From the NCBI GenBank assembly GCA_041937175.2, contig CP166615.1, positions 4,032,001-4,096,000 on the forward strand: a stretch of DNA of 64,000 nucleotides. Reading direction: 5' to 3'. Position 1 is the stretch's first letter. Each line of letters starts with the position of its first letter. This document shows positions 27,899 to 38,498 of the stretch, in pieces. The translations under genes were made by a program, and so were the position numbers. The notes under the pieces were generated by a model that was not told the DNA's origin, made no database searches, and saw only the letters and a list, made by a program, of their open reading frames with translations. Source of the DNA: Limnothrix sp. BL-A-16. GTDB lineage: Bacteria; Cyanobacteriota; Cyanobacteriia; CACIAM-69d.

Positions 27899-28801
27899 AT
27901 GGCCGTTATCTGGGAACTGGATTTTTACTCGCGTCCGATTTTAGATGCAGACCAAAAAAAGGTTTGGGAAATCTTGATTTGTGAGAGTCCCACCGACTCG
28001 CGGGCCGATTGGCAATCCCTGTTTCGCTACAGCAAATATTGCTCCAACAGCGAGGTCAATTCCGTGACCCTGATGCAGGCGATCGAAGAGGCGATCGCCA
28101 AGGCGGGCCAGGCCCCCAGCCGGATTCGTTTTTTCCGGCAGGCCATGAAGAACATGATTGTCAAAGCCTGCCAGGATGCGGAGTTGCCCTGCTCCCTCAG
28201 CCACCGCACCCACGCCATCAAGGATTGGATTGCCGATCGGCTCGAAACGGTCTATCCCCAAGAACCGGGCTACCAAGCCACCGCCCAAACGGCGGGCGTG
28301 TTCATGCCGCCACCGGCCGCCCAGCCCTTGCCCGATGCGCTGTTGGGGCAAAAGTGGGCCTTTGTTTCCCTGGAAGCGTCGGCCTTTGGCGAGCTGCATG
28401 AATGGGCGATCGACTTTGGCGAGGCGTTTCCCTTGTCCATGGTCAATTTAGCGCCCGATACGCCAGTTCCCGGGCTGCTGATTTTTTCGCCTCGGGCCAT
28501 GGCCATCTCCGCTTGGATGTCGGGTTTGGAAATGGGCTTTGTGCGGATTGAACAACAGGTGAAGCCCTCCAGCCTGTCAAGCGATCGGGAGGAATTTCCC
28601 GATCGGGTGATTCTGGAAACCGGCATTGGCGATGCTTGGGTGCTCTCGACCTTGCCCAATGCGGCCCAAAAAGCCGAAGGACAAACCTTCGAGGCCCAAA
28701 AGCAAGGAGCACAAGGGGTGCATTTTTTGGCGGTGCAAACCAACCCCGATGAGGAACGCTTTGCGGGCTTTTGGCTCATGCGCGATCGCCGCGACAGCTA
28801 A
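27899..28801 (+). CDS. Tab2/Atab2 family RNA-binding protein
   Basis: IWELDFYSRP...KVWE and GVHFLAVQ...FAGFWL motifs. Confidence 0.9.
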   Translation: MAVIWELDFYSRPILDADQKKVWEILICESPTDSRADWQSLFRYSKYCSNSEVNSVTLMQAIEEAIAKAGQAPSRIRFFRQAMKNMIVKACQDAELPCSLSHRTHAIKDWIADRLETVYPQEPGYQATAQTAGVFMPPPAAQPLPDALLGQKWAFVSLEASAFGELHEWAIDFGEAFPLSMVNLAPDTPVPGLLIFSPRAMAISAWMSGLEMGFVRIEQQVKPSSLSSDREEFPDRVILETGIGDAWVLSTLPNAAQKAEGQTFEAQKQGAQGVHFLAVQTNPDEERFAGFWLMRDRRDS

Positions 28802-28926
28802 ACCGTTGATTGACCCCCAAAGTTCAGCCCCCAACTCAACCCCAGCAGAGCAAGACCCAAGGCAACTGGGAATTAGCCCAGCGCGATCGCCCCGCAGCCC
28901 TCAATCAAAACACGCTCAAACCCCCC

Positions 28927-28967
28927 AAAAACTATCCGCTCCTACCCGAAACAACGGATAGGAGCGG
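28927..28967 (-). terminator. Strong intrinsic terminator of a minus-strand transcript
   Basis: 13-bp stem 28936-28948/28955-28967 followed by TAGTTTTT on the minus strand. Confidence 0.75.
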
Positions 28968-29066
28968 TCTAGCGGGTTATCAACTTGAAACTCAACTGCC
29001 GGGTATTGCGAAAGCTTTAACCGCCCCGTCGAGTGACGTGACCCTTTTTGAAGAGGGAGGGCTTAC

Positions 29067-29141
29067 CTAGGCAACCAGCCCGGTACACAGCCAGTATCCT
29101 CCAACTTGAAAACCCTGAGACATACTACTGCTACTACCCAT
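29067..29141 (-). CDS. Candidate 24-aa small protein (MGSSSSMSQGFQVGGYWLCTGLVA), or part of an sRNA
   Basis: Perfect SD AGGAGGTGAT just upstream; own terminator downstream; too short for the ORF track. Confidence 0.45.
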   Translation of the reverse strand: MGSSSSMSQGFQVGGYWLCTGLVA

Positions 29142-29470
29142 GGGCATCACCTCCTGCTTTATTCAAAGGGCCTCAATCACCTTGAGCCAACTGCTAAAAC
29201 TTGGACATTGCCCGAAGGCTGAATGCCCGCTGTTTCACGTTAAATGGCGGACTAGGCCTGATTGCCATTCAAATTAGCACGTTTTCCAAAAAGGCAGCAA
29301 CCTGGCAGAGTTCATTAATCTAGCAAGCGTTGATCACTGGTCACCCGCAAGCCGTGATTAGTGACTCTCCACTGGCAAGCATGACCTGGCGATTAATCGG
29401 CAAGCACTAATCGGCAATAACCATGGAACGCATCACCCCCATGCCCCCAACCAGCGATCCGAAGGCGGAA

Positions 29471-30193
29471 ATGGCCACGATTTTGCTGGTGGACGATGAG
29501 CAAGCGTTGGCCGATCCGCTCAGTCGGCTTTTGACCCGCGAGGGCTACAGCGTTGATCTGGCCAGCGACGGGCAAGCGGGCTATCAACTGGCCAGCCAAA
29601 ACACCTACGATTTGCTGATTTTGGATTGGATGTTGCCAGAAATCAGCGGGGTGGAAATTTGCCAGCGCCTGCGCCAAATGGGTCAGGGTGTGCCGGTGTT
29701 GTTTTTGACGGCGAAGGACACGATCGACGATCGAGTAGCAGGGTTGGATGCCGGAGCCGATGATTACCTGGTGAAACCCTTTGAGTTGCGGGAGTTGCTG
29801 GCGCGGGTGCGGGCCCTGTTGCGACGGCCCCGAACCACCCCGGACGAGGCCCCAGAAACCCCAACGGGAACCGATCGCCCCGGCCGCTTGCAGTGGCAGG
29901 ATCTTGGCCTCGATTGCGATAACCAGTTGGCCTATCGGGGCGATCGGCTGATTGAACTCTCTGACAAGGAAACCTGTCTATTGGAATACCTGATGCGCCA
30001 TCCGGGGCAAGTGTTGACCCATGACCAGATCTATAACCACCTGTGGCCCACGGGCGATCGCCCCAGCAGCAATGCCTTGGCCGCTCAAATTCGCCTGCTG
30101 CGACGCAAGATTGAAGCCGTGGGCGAACCCCCAGTGATTCACAGTGTCTATGGCAAGGGCTATCGGTTCGGTCTCACGACCGGCGACCCCTAA
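29471..30193 (+). CDS. OmpR-family response regulator (ManR/RppA-like), no adjacent kinase
   Basis: Receiver (LLVDDE, LILDWMLP, KPF) and winged helix (IHSVYGKGY). Confidence 0.9.
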   Translation: MATILLVDDEQALADPLSRLLTREGYSVDLASDGQAGYQLASQNTYDLLILDWMLPEISGVEICQRLRQMGQGVPVLFLTAKDTIDDRVAGLDAGADDYLVKPFELRELLARVRALLRRPRTTPDEAPETPTGTDRPGRLQWQDLGLDCDNQLAYRGDRLIELSDKETCLLEYLMRHPGQVLTHDQIYNHLWPTGDRPSSNALAAQIRLLRRKIEAVGEPPVIHSVYGKGYRFGLTTGDP

Positions 30194-30489
30194 ACCCTAA
30201 CCAGCCCATTTTGCGGCCAGCCCATTTTGCGGGCAAGCTACCAGGCCCGGGACAAAGGCCCCCCTCTTCCCGGGGATTGGTGCTCTGATTCAACGATTGA
30301 GCGGCTCAACTCGGAGGCGTTGGTCGTGAAGCGATTGACGCTCCGAGTCCATGACTCGCGCACTAACTCAATCGGTCAGTGGGTTGGAGGCTTGTCAATT
30401 ATGAAGAAACGATGAAGACGTAGTTCAAAAAAATCAAAAATCGGTGCAAAAGCGTTTACTGAAAGGCTGATCTTCTTGATAGATCAACC

Positions 30490-30942
30490 TCACAGATAAA
30501 AACGCTCTTCATCGTCATCGACAGCTTCAAAGTTTCGCAGCAAGACTCGATCGAATACAGCATCAAGGGCCGCATCGTCAAAGTCCGTTGATCGCTGCTC
30601 TTGCAACGGATTCGATAGGGGATAGAGCTGTAGTTGTCTCCGGTCTTGAACTAAATAGAAATAGGGTTCCAAATCTGTTGTTTGGCCAATTTCTAAATAA
30701 TCAAAGCTACAAACATTCAGGTAGAGCGTTCGGTTCGCAACCAACGTTGCCTGATGCTCATCGGCAAAGACATCAAGGACGAGACCTTCTCCGGTGCTCG
30801 TGGTTGTGCCGTCCTGGATATGCGTGTAGCGCACCCGATTCAGCCCAGCGAGCAGTTTTTGCATATCCTGCTTGTTGGCAATGATGCCACGATCGACAAT
30901 GCAGGGAGCCGGTAATTGCGTTGTAGATGGACGTTTGTTCAT
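30490..30942 (-). CDS. Conserved hypothetical cyanobacterial protein
   Basis: 150-aa ORF with protein-like composition and acidic C-terminus. Confidence 0.75.
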   Translation of the reverse strand: MNKRPSTTQLPAPCIVDRGIIANKQDMQKLLAGLNRVRYTHIQDGTTTSTGEGLVLDVFADEHQATLVANRTLYLNVCSFDYLEIGQTTDLEPYFYLVQDRRQLQLYPLSNPLQEQRSTDFDDAALDAVFDRVLLRNFEAVDDDEERFYL

Positions 30943-31498
30943 GACAACCCAAGCTGAGGCGCACGCCTAAAGATATCTTGCTCGATCTTATCGGAAGGTC
31001 TTCACTTGTGCGCTGAGAAAATTACTGAAGTTGTTGGCTTGAGATTAACTCAGATCGAGAGCGATCGCCAACTGGGAAAAAATCAGGATGATTGAATCGA
31101 TCGATGGGCCGATCTCAGCATTGCTCCCCCCTGAGAAGCGGCAGCAAAATTGATGCCTAAGAATCATGCCCCCCAAAAAATATGTGACCTGCACTGATCG
31201 AAAGCCCATCGAAAGCGATTGGAACCGATCGAACCCAATCGCAAACCAAATCAGAATGATGATTCATCCATTTCGACAGTTTCAATCAAAATGGAACCGT
31301 AGTTCTACGGAGAGAGAAAGGGGCAAAAACGCTCAGTAATTTCCAGGGTAACAACTACCAACGGGCCCTTACCACTCACCGAGCGCGTAACCTGATGGAC
31401 GAGCCGGGGAAATGGCCCATCCCCCAGCCTGACTGTCGATGGCTCAAAGCTGGCTCCCAGAGCCGCAGCGGAGTTGAATTGAATGGAGATTGCTCCCT

Positions 31499-32395
31499 AT
31501 GACGGAACCCCGACGATCGGCTAAATCAACAGCTAATTCTTCGCCGAACCCCGCGCCCAAGTCTTCCTCGAAACCCTCACCGCCCCGATCAGCTCGATCG
31601 CCCCGTGACCCCTGGTGGCAACCCTGGCGATCGGCGGGGCTACACTTGCTGGCGGGGTTGGCGTTTTATACGGTGCTGCCTGTTCCCTGGCAAGGATCCT
31701 TGGACTTTCGGGGCATTGCTCGCCTTGCGCCGTTGATTGGGGCGTTCTTGGGGCTGTTGGTGGGTTTGGGGGATGGCCTGTTGGGCTGGGTTGGGGTGCC
31801 AATTCTGACGCGCAGTGCGATCGCGGTGTTGGGCTGGCTGGCTTTGACGGGGGGGCTGCACCTCGATGGGGCGATCGATACGGCCGACGGGCTGGCGGTG
31901 CAAGATCCCCAACGCCGTTTGACCGTGATGGCCGACAGCACCACCGGAGCCTTTGGGGCCATGGCTGCGGCCGCAATTCTGTTGTTAAAAACGGTGGCCC
32001 TGGCGGATTTGGCGCAGGCCCGCTGGCTGGTGATTGCGGCGGTGGCGGCCTGGGCCCGCTGGGGGCAGGTGGTGGCCATTTTGTCTTATCCCTACCTACG
32101 ACCCAGGGGAAAGGGGCGAATGCACAAGGATGCGATTCGATCGCCCTGGAATTTGTTGCCTGGTTGGGCGCTGGCCCTCAGCTTCAGTGCGCTTTATGGG
32201 GTGTTGTTTCCGGGCAGTTGGCTGCCAGCGGTGGGGCTGGCCTTGGGAGGCGGGGCGATCGCCCTGCTGACGGGTGCTTGGTTTAATCGGCAATTGGGCG
32301 GCCAAACCGGCGACACCTACGGGGCGATCGTGGAATGGACTGAAGCGCTGCTGCTGTGTTTGATGGCCACACTGCAACAGCCTCCCAATGGTTGA
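31499..32395 (+). CDS. cobS: Adenosylcobinamide-GDP ribazoletransferase (cobalamin synthase)
   Basis: TGGLHLDGAIDTADG and GGQTGDTYGA motifs. Confidence 0.93.
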   Translation: MTEPRRSAKSTANSSPNPAPKSSSKPSPPRSARSPRDPWWQPWRSAGLHLLAGLAFYTVLPVPWQGSLDFRGIARLAPLIGAFLGLLVGLGDGLLGWVGVPILTRSAIAVLGWLALTGGLHLDGAIDTADGLAVQDPQRRLTVMADSTTGAFGAMAAAAILLLKTVALADLAQARWLVIAAVAAWARWGQVVAILSYPYLRPRGKGRMHKDAIRSPWNLLPGWALALSFSALYGVLFPGSWLPAVGLALGGGAIALLTGAWFNRQLGGQTGDTYGAIVEWTEALLLCLMATLQQPPNG

Positions 32396-32464
32396 CGCTC
32401 AATGGGCGATATCCAAGGACTGATGCCCAATGGCTAATTCTCAATGTTTCAAGGATTGATGGGA

Positions 32465-32920
32465 TCAAGGTTTGCGGGTTTCGGTGCGATAGGGCAAAAT
32501 GCGCGTCCCGATCGCCAAACTTTCAGCCTCGTAGCTGGGGAGCTTGTCGCCAAAGGGAGCAGGAACCAACTCTTGGAGGCTCAGCTCAGTGCGGTACAGA
32601 CTAAAGAGCCAAAAATTCTGGCGATCGGTATTTTGCAAAACCACCTGGCGGATGGCGGGCCGCAGTTGGCCCACGGTTCCCTGGCAAGCCACCTGCAAAA
32701 AGCCGGGAGCTTCCTGGCAAGTGCTCTCCTGCACCTCTCGGCCGATGTAGTCCGCAGCAAAATCCGCATAGCGATCGGGGTTGGGATTGGTGACGGCCAG
32801 ACCCGCCCCGATCGCCACAATCACACCGCTAACCACCACAATCGCTTTCACATCCGCCACCTTAAAGAACAATTCGACGGCCACCGATCCTGAATTCCGG
32901 TTTTGAACTCGATCCGTCAA
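32465..32920 (-). CDS. DUF4359-like protein
   Basis: N-terminal TM, TNP...Y, Cys pair, RQNFWLFSLYRT; start uncertain. Confidence 0.7.
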   Translation of the reverse strand: MTDRVQNRNSGSVAVELFFKVADVKAIVVVSGVIVAIGAGLAVTNPNPDRYADFAADYIGREVQESTCQEAPGFLQVACQGTVGQLRPAIRQVVLQNTDRQNFWLFSLYRTELSLQELVPAPFGDKLPSYEAESLAIGTRILPYRTETRKP

Positions 32921-33064
32921 TCTGGATGATCTTTGCCCGTGGCTTCCATCCTATCGAGCGGCCGTTGCCGGCGCGATCGCCCCCGCCAAAATCAGGCTCC
33001 CAAGAAATTTGTCTATAGTAGGTATGCTTTTCAGCACAAAGTTGTTATAATGACCCACTACAGT

Positions 33065-33138
33065 GGCGAGCGTAGCCAAGGGGTTAAGGCAGCGGATTGT
33101 GGTTCCGCCATTCGTGGGTTCAAGTCCCATCGTTCGCC
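33065..33138 (+). tRNA. trnH: tRNA-His (GTG)
   Basis: Cloverleaf with G-1, acceptor GCGAGCG/CGTTCGC, anticodon arm GCGGA-TTGTGGT-TCCGC, T-loop GTTCAAG. Confidence 0.97.
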
Positions 33139-33219
33139 CTCTTCAAAACTCAATATCCAATGTCCCAAGCTTTCAGATTTCCGAGAAACCGAATTCTGAG
33201 AGTCTGGAAACATTGAAAA

Positions 33220-33253
33220 CAAAGGGGTACATTCCATTTTGTACCCCTTTTTG
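33220..33253. terminator. Bidirectional terminator between tRNA-His and the amidase gene
   Basis: AAAGGGGTACA...TGTACCCCTTTTT hairpin. Confidence 0.75.
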
Positions 33254-33313
33254 ATTGCCTTTGAATTGGCTGGGCTTGTTTCCCCAAGCTCGTCTCCCCA
33301 AGGTTGAGGCTGG

Positions 33314-34372
33314 CTACTGGGTTGGGCTATTCGGCTTAAAGTCAGAATCCAGGAACAGGCGCGGCGTGAGATCCAGCAGGGGCGGCGGTTCCGGCGTGGG
33401 CTTGGGTGGTTCGCTGGCGGTTCCGGTCAGCTCGCGTGCCAGTCGGGTTGCTTCCGCGATCGCCGTTTGGGGCACGATCGGGGAAATGGGCATGTTGGAA
33501 TCCTGTTTCCAGGTGGTTTCCATTTCAAAGGTTAGGCGCTGCCCTGCGATCGTCCGCTGTTGAAGTTGGGTGGCCAGTTGCCTCACGCCGCCTGCTTGTT
33601 CGATCGCGCTGGCCAGTCGGGGCGAAATTTCAGCCGCACTGTTCAGCAAAATCAAGAAATTGGGCGCAACCTGGGCATTCGGCATCAAAAATAGATAGGT
33701 TGGCTCGCTCAGGGCCCGGCTGCGCCCGCCTTCCGAAAAATTTTGGATCCCATGGCCAACAATTCGCGCCACGTCCAAATCGGGATAAGCATTCAGCAGG
33801 GCCCCAATTAAGCGCCCACCGGCCACGATCTGCTCACGGCTGGGGCGCTCGCTGTCTGGGTCGTAGTGAAACTCAATCCCGATCGACCGCATATTGATCC
33901 AATTCACCGGGCGGTTGGTTTGGGGATCGGGATAGGCTGCTTGCTTCAGGATGTGAAAGGCCGTTTTGCTGGGTGGCACAGTCATCAAAATGTCGCCGTG
34001 CATCCCCACAATAAAATGGGCGCTGACTTCAGCCGGGTCGTTTTGCCACGATCGCGCCACTTGGGCGATCGAGAGCCGTCGCCCACTCAGGGCCGTGTGG
34101 TGAATCACGATCGTGTCCACCGGGCGATCGGTCGGGCGATCTTCATAATCCCGCCGCGACAGGGATCCCGTGGCTAAATAATTAGAAATTGCAAACCCGG
34201 GCAACCCAATTTGCTGGGTTGGATCAGCGGTCTTGGCGTATTTCAGGGCCGCTTCGGCCCGACCATCAGGCGGCAAAACTCCATCGGAAGTAGATGCACC
34301 CACCGCAATTAAGAGTGCCGCCGCTAACACCAGCAAACAGTAACGCAGTACCTTGCGCGGATTCGACAGCAT
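33314..34372 (-). CDS. N-acetylmuramoyl-L-alanine amidase (Amidase_2) family protein
   Basis: Signal/TM segment; IVIHHTA, VSAHFIV, NMRSIGIE, IVGHG. Confidence 0.85.
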   Translation of the reverse strand: MLSNPRKVLRYCLLVLAAALLIAVGASTSDGVLPPDGRAEAALKYAKTADPTQQIGLPGFAISNYLATGSLSRRDYEDRPTDRPVDTIVIHHTALSGRRLSIAQVARSWQNDPAEVSAHFIVGMHGDILMTVPPSKTAFHILKQAAYPDPQTNRPVNWINMRSIGIEFHYDPDSERPSREQIVAGGRLIGALLNAYPDLDVARIVGHGIQNFSEGGRSRALSEPTYLFLMPNAQVAPNFLILLNSAAEISPRLASAIEQAGGVRQLATQLQQRTIAGQRLTFEMETTWKQDSNMPISPIVPQTAIAEATRLARELTGTASEPPKPTPEPPPLLDLTPRLFLDSDFKPNSPTQ

Positions 34373-34564
34373 AATCACGGGATCTCTAGCGATCGCTGAT
34401 GTGGAAACAAAGTTGGGGTTGGTGGCGGAGCGATCGAGCAAGCTGCCCAAAATCAGCCAAAAGCGTCAAATTTCAAGCAGCAGCCTGGAAGTTTGGCGCA
34501 ATCTTAGCATCTTGCTTTTGCGAGGGACTGTGGCCAGGCGATCGAAACTGATATTGAAAGCTAA

Positions 34565-34838
34565 GAGGATATCCGGGCAGCCAAAATTGCTACCCTGCGG
34601 GCATCATCGATCGACACAAACGAGGGGCTTAGGGCCTGTCGTCATTTCTTAGGGTCAGGCGAAAACAGTTGATTATCCTTACCCCAATCGTCGCAACAAG
34701 GGGCTTAAGCCCCTTGTCCCCCACGATCTGTCAACGGCGGAATCAAGGTTTCAGGCGATTTGGCGACACCCCCTAAGCTCCTTGCCCCATGACTCTTAAT
34801 CCTTGGCCCTGGCCAAAAGATACTTTTCAGATCTTTTC
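34565..34838. mobile_element. Nested MITE: element A containing element B (34632-34773)
   Basis: A ends flanked by TAA/TAA; B ends GGGCCTGTCGTCA...TGGCGACACCCCC flanked by TA/TA, splitting A's central palindrome. Confidence 0.8.
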
Positions 34839-34949
34839 TAAATACCCGCAGCAGGTAATACCAAAAACTCATACTGAGAATATCAAGGCTCCAGAAATAC
34901 CCAAGACCTTGTAAAGAAATTCAAGATCGAAAATTTAGGGCTGAAATGG

Positions 34950-34987
34950 CAAAAACCGCAGCGGCTTGTGGGAACCGTGCGGTTTTT
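34950..34987. terminator. Terminator downstream of hli
   Basis: AAAAACCGCA...TGCGGTTTTT hairpin. Confidence 0.65.
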
Positions 34988-35144
34988 GATTGCTGAGCCA
35001 AACCTAATCAAAGGTTTGCGGATGCTTGCCGTTGACTATCGATGATGATCGCCCAAGCGGCTAGATCATGACATCGATGGTACGTTGGCGGTTCTGAACC
35101 AATAATCTTGCCGAGGGAACCAGGCTGAGACTCGATCGAGCCAA

Positions 35145-35288
35145 TTACAGCAGGCCCAGTTGCGACAGGATGCCTTGGCCGGTGATGAATTCCGTAGCGA
35201 TACCGATCACGAAGCCCAGCATTGCCAGACGACCGTTCCAGGTTTCGGCGAAGGCAGTGAAGCCGTATTTAGCCTTTTGCTCAGTCAT
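35145..35288 (-). CDS. hli: High-light-inducible protein (HLIP/SCP)
   Basis: AETWNGRLAMLGF chlorophyll-binding motif. Confidence 0.95.
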   Translation of the reverse strand: MTEQKAKYGFTAFAETWNGRLAMLGFVIGIATEFITGQGILSQLGLL

Positions 35289-35604
35289 GGTTGAAGACCT
35301 CCAAAAAGGGGTTTCGAGCGAATAGATAGAAGTCGAGTTGGGCGAGCGTCCTGGTGTCAAGTTGCTCTATAGAAAATTTAACGCAATTTTTTGTTTACTG
35401 CAACGTTTCGTTACGAATCCATGAGTAAAAACTCTTACTGCTTCCCCTGCTGCCCCGCTGGCCTGCCGTAATTTCCCCCCGCAGCGCCCTTGCCCCATGG
35501 AGCCTCAACGTTTGCTCAATCCTTTGTGGGACAATGGTTCGCGGGCATTAATTCCCAAAAATTTGCCCGGAAAGTTGCCCCTTGGGGGCTGAATTTCGCT
35601 GCTG

Positions 35605-36435
35605 TTGAGTTGGGTGGGGATTGTGGCTGTGGATGGGGAAATTTCGGCAAAGTCGTTGACCTTGGAAGAGGCGATCGCCAATTTGCGCAGTGAAGATGCC
35701 AGCTTGCGTTACTACGCAGCTTGGTGGGTGGGGCGGTTTCGGGTTTCGCAGCCGGACGTGATTGAGGCGCTGATTGAAGCCTTGGATTACGAGGGCGATC
35801 GCACCGAGGCGGGAGGCTTGCCGCTTCAGCGCAATGCGGCGCGGGCGTTGGGGAAATTGGCCGATCGCTCGGCGGTTCCGGCCCTGATTCGATCGCTCAC
35901 GTCGCCCGATTATTACGTGCGGGAGGCGGCGGCCCAGTCCCTCGGGCAGTTGGCAGACGATCGCGCTGTTCCCGGTTTGGTGGCCCTGTTGGATGGAGGC
36001 GTGGCGGCGGCGGTGGTCGTGCCGGGCCAGCCCCACTTGGTGCAGCCCTACGATGCGGTTCTGGAAGCCTTGGGGAATTTGCAGGCGCAGGGGGCGATCG
36101 ACGTGATTCGCCCCTTCACGGAACATTCCGTGCCCAAGGTGCAATACGCGGCCGTGCGGGCCCTGTATCAGCTCACGGGGGATGACCAATGGGGCGAGCG
36201 ACTGGTGGCCGCCCTGCGGGGGCCCGATTTACAGTTGCGGCGGGCCCTGATGGGCGATGTGGGGGCGATCGGCTATTTGGCGGGGGCAGAGGCAATCGCC
36301 CAAACGGAGGCGGAAAATAGCTTGAAACTGATTGCGCTCAAAGGGTTGGCAGAACATCCCAACGCTACCCCCGATGGCCAAACCCTGACGGATGAGGGCC
36401 GCCGCATTTTGGTTTTGATGGATGGCTTGTTGTAG
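35605..36435 (+). CDS. cpcE: Phycocyanobilin lyase subunit CpcE (HEAT repeat)
   Basis: RYYAAWW.G, GGLPLQRNAARALG, AENSLKLIALKG, MDGLL terminus; start uncertain. Confidence 0.88.
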   Translation: MSWVGIVAVDGEISAKSLTLEEAIANLRSEDASLRYYAAWWVGRFRVSQPDVIEALIEALDYEGDRTEAGGLPLQRNAARALGKLADRSAVPALIRSLTSPDYYVREAAAQSLGQLADDRAVPGLVALLDGGVAAAVVVPGQPHLVQPYDAVLEALGNLQAQGAIDVIRPFTEHSVPKVQYAAVRALYQLTGDDQWGERLVAALRGPDLQLRRALMGDVGAIGYLAGAEAIAQTEAENSLKLIALKGLAEHPNATPDGQTLTDEGRRILVLMDGLL

Positions 36436-36493
36436 GGCAGGTCAACAGTACTAAATGGGTCGATCGCACCCCAATGCCGATGAGTGGGCGGCT

Positions 36494-37411
36494 TTATGGC
36501 CGGAGGCGGGCCGATCGGGCGAAAGTCTGTCGGCTGGCCGGTTGGGGATGATTCAGTTGCGACAGGGGGCGGGTTGGTGGTTGTTGGGTTTGGGAATTTG
36601 GCCCCAGCAGGGTTCGGTAATTTTGCAAAAACACCAGTGAGGCGATCGCCAACAGAAAATAGCCAAACCAGCGTTGTAAGCGATCGGCGGGCACCAATTT
36701 TGATAAATAGGCTCCGGGCAACGTGCCCAGGGCCGCCGCCCCCGTGAAGGAAAGGGTCAGGGGCCAATCGATCGCCACATGGCCCGCATAGCCCGCCAGA
36801 CCCGCGATCGAGTTAGCCGCAATAATCACTAGGGACGTGCCGATCGCCTGTTTCATCGGGACATTGCCCAACAGCACCAACGCCGGCACGATCGCAAAAC
36901 CGCCCCCCACACCCACCAACCCGGTCAGCATTCCCACGCCGATGCCCTCCGTTAGCAGCCACAGCCAACAGTAGCGACAGACGGGTTTGGGATAGGCTGC
37001 CAGGGCCGAATCTGGCGATCGATCTGCTGGGGCCGGTTGGTTGCTGCGACGAATCGTGGCGATCGCCGCCAACAGCATCATTCCCACAAACAGCATCATT
37101 TGAATGGGGGGCGTAACCCAAGGTTGGGTGGCCAACTTAGCGCCCCCAAAAGCCCCGATCGCCGTGGATAGCCCAAAAATTGCCGCTATCCGCCAGCGCA
37201 CCCGCCCCGCCCGCCAGTGGGGAATGACTCCCAACAGGCTCACGGTTCCCACAATGGCCAACGTCATGGCGATCGCGGGTTTCACGGGCACGCCCATCAC
37301 CGAAGTCAAAATCGGCAGGGCCAACACCGATCCGCCCCCGCCCAACAGCCCGAGGGCAATGCCGATCACCACGGCCAATCCATGGCCGATCGCCCATATC
37401 AAACTATCCAT
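36494..37411 (-). CDS. Sulfite exporter TauE/SafE family protein
   Basis: LGLLGGGGS and GLVGVGGGF repeats; internal CRYC. Confidence 0.9.
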   Translation of the reverse strand: MDSLIWAIGHGLAVVIGIALGLLGGGGSVLALPILTSVMGVPVKPAIAMTLAIVGTVSLLGVIPHWRAGRVRWRIAAIFGLSTAIGAFGGAKLATQPWVTPPIQMMLFVGMMLLAAIATIRRSNQPAPADRSPDSALAAYPKPVCRYCWLWLLTEGIGVGMLTGLVGVGGGFAIVPALVLLGNVPMKQAIGTSLVIIAANSIAGLAGYAGHVAIDWPLTLSFTGAAALGTLPGAYLSKLVPADRLQRWFGYFLLAIASLVFLQNYRTLLGPNSQTQQPPTRPLSQLNHPQPASRQTFARSARLRP

Positions 37412-37450
37412 AAACCCATCCACAGAACCATCTATAGAACTGACCCTTAA

Positions 37451-37581
37451 GAGGATGTCTGAAAAGCCAAAATCGACACTCTGCACGCCTCCTCGATCGA
37501 CGAAGACAAGATGCTCAAGCCCCTTGCCCCCACGACTATTGGTGCATTGCCCGTGCCAAAAGACACTTTTTAGACATCCTC
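37451..37581. mobile_element. MITE-like element A (simple copy)
   Basis: TAA-GAGGATGTCTGAAAAG...CTTTTTAGACATCCTC-TAA; degenerate central palindrome. Confidence 0.82.
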
Positions 37582-37779
37582 TAAGAAGTGATCCTTAAAT
37601 TGGCTGATTGCGATCTCAATCAATCGCGATCAATCGACCAACTGAGAATCTTGGAAAGCCACTGCAAATCCGGCCAATTGCATCGGCGATCGGAGTTGAT
37701 CCATTTCGCCTGGCAATTGGCAAAGCTTTCTGAAGCCTGTTTCTGAAGTCTGTTGTTGTGCAGTTTCGCTGCTTGTTCC

Positions 37780-38421
37780 CTAGGACGCACGCTGGTTATA
37801 GGGCAACTTCGCCAGCAGCATGGCCAAAGCGCAGGTGTTGGTGATGCCCGCAAACGTCAGCCCAGCCCCCACAAACCCGCTCAACAGCAAGAACCAAGGG
37901 GAAACCAACGCACCCAGAACCGTGCCCGTGAACACCAAAGAGCCGGCCACGATTTGCACCTGTCGCATCAAACTGATCGGGGCTCGGCGATCGACCAAAA
38001 TGTCCAAACCCGCTGCCTTCCAAGCCTGAAGACCGCCGATCAGGTCGATCGCTGGCGTGCGGCCCGCCTGCATCAATTGATTCGCCACCTCCGCCGATCG
38101 ATTCCCTGTTTGGCAACAGAGCACCACCCAGCGATCGGGCTGAGAAACCGGCACTGTTTGCAAATCCAACTTGCTCATCGGCATCGACAGCGCCCCGGGA
38201 ATGCGTTCCCCGGCAAATTCTCCCGGCTCGCGCACATCCACCACGATCGCCCGATTGGTGGCCAACCAAGCCTGAAGCTCAGTGACGGAAACCCGTTGGC
38301 GCACTGGCCCCACAGGCATCGGCTCAGTTGTCTTACCAAAATCATCGACCACCATCGGTTGAGAGTGGGTTCTGGGCAGTTGAGTAGACGGGGAATTAAC
38401 TTCAGGTTGAACAGGGGTCAT
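37780..38421 (-). CDS. Rhodanese domain protein with C-terminal membrane anchor (YgaP-like)
   Basis: VDVREPGEF, active-site CQTGNRS, GGLQAW, ISLMRQVQI. Confidence 0.9.
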   Translation of the reverse strand: MTPVQPEVNSPSTQLPRTHSQPMVVDDFGKTTEPMPVGPVRQRVSVTELQAWLATNRAIVVDVREPGEFAGERIPGALSMPMSKLDLQTVPVSQPDRWVVLCCQTGNRSAEVANQLMQAGRTPAIDLIGGLQAWKAAGLDILVDRRAPISLMRQVQIVAGSLVFTGTVLGALVSPWFLLLSGFVGAGLTFAGITNTCALAMLLAKLPYNQRAS

Positions 38422-38498
38422 CGATCTAAATCCTGGGAAGATTTGGGAACAGGGAGAAAAGGGGAGGAAACTCAGAACCTCCAGGGCGGACAGCGCGT

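Noticed and set aside
33065..34450. tRNA-His as an integration site for an island or prophage
   Set aside because: No integrase and no duplicated tRNA 3' end seen; the amidase has a signal segment and host-like composition.
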